A stretch of DNA of 64,000 nt from Antedon mediterranea (lineage: Eukaryota > Animalia > Echinodermata), in contig NC_092675.1 of the NCBI RefSeq assembly GCF_964355755.1, positions 6,505,812 to 6,569,811 of the forward strand, given 5' to 3'. The position numbers were made by a program, and so were the translations under genes. Below are positions 61,001 through 64,000 of this stretch, piece after piece (the first letter of the stretch is position 1; every line of letters begins with the position of its first letter). The notes under the pieces were generated by a model. That model was not told where the DNA came from. It saw only the letters and a program-made list of their open reading frames with translations, and did not search any database.

Positions 61001-64000
61001 CAGTCTCCGTGGTCTATTATTGAATTTTTATTTGTATGCACAGTGCCTTTGTTAAACCGTAACAATAATATTATAAACATGCACGGTAGCACGGTACTAC
61101 ACGCCGGACGTAGAAAAAAAAAACCAACCAACCGTGAATCAATCACGTGGTCACCGGAATACGCGATTATCAATTTTGGGAGGATCCAAGTTTTACTAAA
61201 TAAACGCTCTTTGATTACACAGTGGTTGAGACACGTTTTTAATAGTTATTACATTTTTAAACACCCTCATAATTAATGGACTCTACCAATGTTGATCCGC
61301 TGCAAAAAGAACAACAGATCGCACATCGCACGAGGTTGTTGAGGCGGTGTTTTATTTGGTTTTACTGTACGATCCGATAATACGAACATGTTAAAATGAT
61401 TTAAAAGGCATGGATTCGCCAAGCAAGTAGGCCTAGGTTTTACCTAAGATTGTCGTAAGCTCTTTTGTTCAAACTTGTTATTTATATAGCAATAATCCAC
61501 CCGTTCCGGCATACACGCTAGGCCTCTATTCTAGCCTAGCTAGGCCTACTCCTCGGACCTTGATCGATGTGGATGGTGGGGAATTTCCTAGCGATAAGAA
61601 ATCGGCGAAATAGCTCATAAACGGCCTACATTTTAATGTTATATCTTTAATGCCAGTGTAATTACGTATGGATAAAACAATATAAAACTCAATGTTTTTC
61701 ATCTGAAATAATATGTTAACTCGCGTAATGTAGCATAAGACGGATTCGGAATAGTTATTTCTTTTTATTATAATAATTAATATTATTTTTTTTTTTTTGG
61801 GTTTTAAAATGGTAGCTAGCTAGGGCCTAGTAGAAGCCCTAGGCTAGGCCTGTGCCTAAAAAAAAATGAGTAAATTCTATTGGGCAATACTATCATGTGT
61901 TTATTGTACATTATGTAATTAAGTTAAATTATTTTATATACTGGATTTTAGTTAAAATACAGTATATATTTTTTAAATTCTTTGTACTGAGGATGTGTCC
62001 ATAAAAAAAAAATAAAATGTAAAAATACTGATGGATAAACCTATGTAAAAATTAAGCCAACTTATGTGTAAATATTGTATATACTGTATATTATGCAACA
62101 TATTTAGTTAATTAATTAAGAGACGTAAACGACACGCGTGTTGATTTTCGATTCCCCGCGCGTTGACTTTCGACGCCCCGACGAATTGAATGTGGTTCAC
62201 GACAAAATCTCCTGCGAATGGACTTTCCCAAGTTGGGACCTCTGTATTCCGGAGAGTGATGGTGATGATGTATAATGATAATATCAGACTAGCATGTGAT
62301 AGGCATGGGTTCGAGTCTATCTGTACCATATTAACTGTATCCTTAGGCAAGATGCTTTACTCTTATTGTCTCGTCCTTCAGATGGGACTTAAATATTAGA
62401 CGAAAAAAATAAATAAACACAACACAAGTGATTTGATAGACCACAATCTGATGGATCATCCTGTCATTCACTTGCATTGCGCTTACAGCCTAAAGCTCTG
62501 TCTACACTATCAAACTTTATTATGACTAAAAAATGTGATGTGCCCATATATGGACTTGATGATGTCATATCAACACCATAGTTGGGCATATCAACACCAT
62601 ATTTGGGGACATCATGCTTTTTTTTGTCAAAGTAGTTTGATAGTGTAGACAGAGCTTTACATGCATCCAGGTGGCATAGTAAATACTATAAAACTCAAAA
62701 CAATTATGTATTTATTACCAGACAGGCTATGCTTTATAATTAAATAGAGCATTTCAGACTATATTTTACACATTTTTGCCTTTCCTTAAAAACCAAGCTT
62801 AAGTACTGTTCTAGCAAGCCTAAATATCTGTTTACATGTACTTACCATATTTGTTTGTAACTTCGTTTTCTAAGTGAGTACCCATTTGGCCGATGTGTTA
62901 AGGAACCCTCAATGCTTGCCTGGGCAAGTTTCACTGCAACGCAGCCCCTCTCAAGTACTTTCCCAAGCGTTCCCGATGAGAAATGATATCCGGTTAAATT
63001 AATCTTTCTCCACAAACTATCATCATATCTAAAAATGAGGAAAGGAAAATTTTAAACAAAAAGTAATTTTATTGTGCAGAGATGTGCCTGAACACAACAT
63101 TTTAACAATATGGACCTCATAATTTAATGGAGTGGTCGTTGACCACATATCTATCTGTATTTTCATTTTGGTGAAGATCTTGTAATTACTTTTTGAGTAA
63201 TCCTGCTAACAAACACGATCGATTACATATACCTCCTTGGCGGAGGTAAATAATCTGCACACAGTGCCCAGTTTTTAAGGTGTAGATCATTTATGGCCGA
63301 TTTTAAGGAGTGGAAAAGAAATTTTTTTTCCAGTTCATTACAGTTGCCAGTATTATTAAGGTGTTAAAAGTTGTTAATTATATAAATAGGATCCCAATTT
63401 ACCCCACCCTAGTACTAGTAGGAAGTACACCTATTAGAACAATAGGCAGTTTGTGTATGTATTGTCTTACCAAACAATGAGAGTACTGTATGATTCATTT
63501 ATAAAAAAGTTCCTTTGTTATGATTGGTTTATTGCTAAAAATACAAAGATGAAAATGAATGATCACTTTCATTATTGTTTAAAGATGTATTGTCCCCCTG
63601 AAAAAATAATGTTTTTAATTTTTGTTGTTGAATATGCCATTTTAATGTCACATAATAGTTACCCACTTTGAACAAAAATTGAATCGAAAACAAAAAATGT
63701 ATTTACCTGAAAAAAACTAATTTAAAGCAAAAAATAGTCAAATTGGCTGCCAGCCAATGTTTTTTGGTTGAATTTGACCATTTATTTTGTCATTTTATAT
63801 TAGAAAACATTATTTTTTTTACGGAAGGGATTATTAACCTGATTAAAACTACAAAATAACCTATTCAAAGTCTGATTTAATTAATTTTCATTTTTCTTGT
63901 TTTTGGGGGACAATACATCTTTAAACGAAAAATCTAAGCATTTTTAAAAACTTACGCTAATGTTCTCCATCTTTTACACACACCAGCACAACTAAGAAGG
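58017..64000 (-). CDS. SKP2: S-phase kinase-associated protein 2 (F-box/LRR); 5' end lies beyond the window
   Basis: Exons 63956-64000 (LLSCAGVCKRWRTLA), 62846-63028 (YDDSLW…), 60274-60546, 59473-59603 (HLNLSGYR), 58654-58813 (CPNLLDLDLSDS…LSRCYDI) and 58017-58206 (VFGIV…FSVIARPT…IWDVKC) splice in frame and match the SKP2 F-box end, LRRs and C-tail. Confidence 0.95.
59720..59960 (-). mobile_element. Degenerate tRNA-derived SINE
   Basis: Minus strand: GAGCGCCAGGCTAGTGATCTGGAGGTCATGGGTTTGAGTCTC tRNA-like head followed by a SINE-like body. Confidence 0.5.
60641..60759 (+). pseudogene. 5S rRNA-derived sequence (119 nt), pseudogene or SINE head
   Basis: ATATACGGCCATACAACATTGAAA…GTTCTCGTCAGATCACCGAAGTTAAGCAATGTTGGGCC…GAGACTGTCTGGAAT…GGTGCTGTATAT is collinear with metazoan 5S. 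Helix I and helix II still pair; the C-box region is diverged and there is no oligo-T terminator. Confidence 0.85.
60763..62244. mobile_element. Non-autonomous TIR DNA transposon (hAT-like) with a 6-bp TSD
   Basis: TATTCC|CAGGGGTCCCAAGT…AGTTGGGACCTCTG|TATTCC; subterminal TACCGC repeats. Confidence 0.82.
62251..62400 (+). mobile_element. tRNA-derived SINE body
   Basis: GACTAGCATGTGA…GGGTTCGAGTC…GTATCCTTAGGCAAGATGCTTTACTCT…GATGGGAC, homologous to 39465-39610. Confidence 0.72.
62492..62658. mobile_element. Complete MITE, AAAGCTCTGTCTACACTATCAAAC family
   Basis: Perfect ~24-bp TIRs; at least seven copies or fragments in the window. Confidence 0.88.

Overview
AT-rich, intron-rich animal genomic DNA. 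It is probably a marine invertebrate deuterostome such as an echinoderm; this is inferred from gene and repeat content only. It is not prokaryotic, and there is no CRISPR array or retron. Genes reconstructed by hand from splice sites: (1) the 3' part of a single-pass membrane protein and a complete tandem paralog with signal peptide, Thr-rich mucin region, Cys-pair domain, TM helix and Pro-rich tail (3592-9811); (2) two rhodopsin-class orphan GPCR paralogs with single-exon CDSs, one frameshifted (24807-25698) and one intact (35804-36670); (3) nucleoporin NDC1 (14 exons, minus strand), head-to-head with oligoribonuclease REXO2 (3 exons, plus strand); (4) the 3' six exons of SKP2 (minus strand). 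The rest is repeats: 24-bp and 33-bp minisatellites, a CR1/L2-type LINE nested in a long-TIR foldback element, a Helitron, Helentron-type elements (one array carrying tRNA-Val-like cassettes), two MULEs, SINEs, many MITEs and a Penelope-type hammerhead. Most notable: paralog comparison shows GGCCTA gained or lost at TA sites to give the very abundant TAGGCCTA motif; a full-length 5S-like head rejoins a tRNA-SINE once a TIR transposon is removed; and two MULEs sit symmetrically about 100 bp into the first introns on either side of the NDC1/REXO2 bidirectional promoter.
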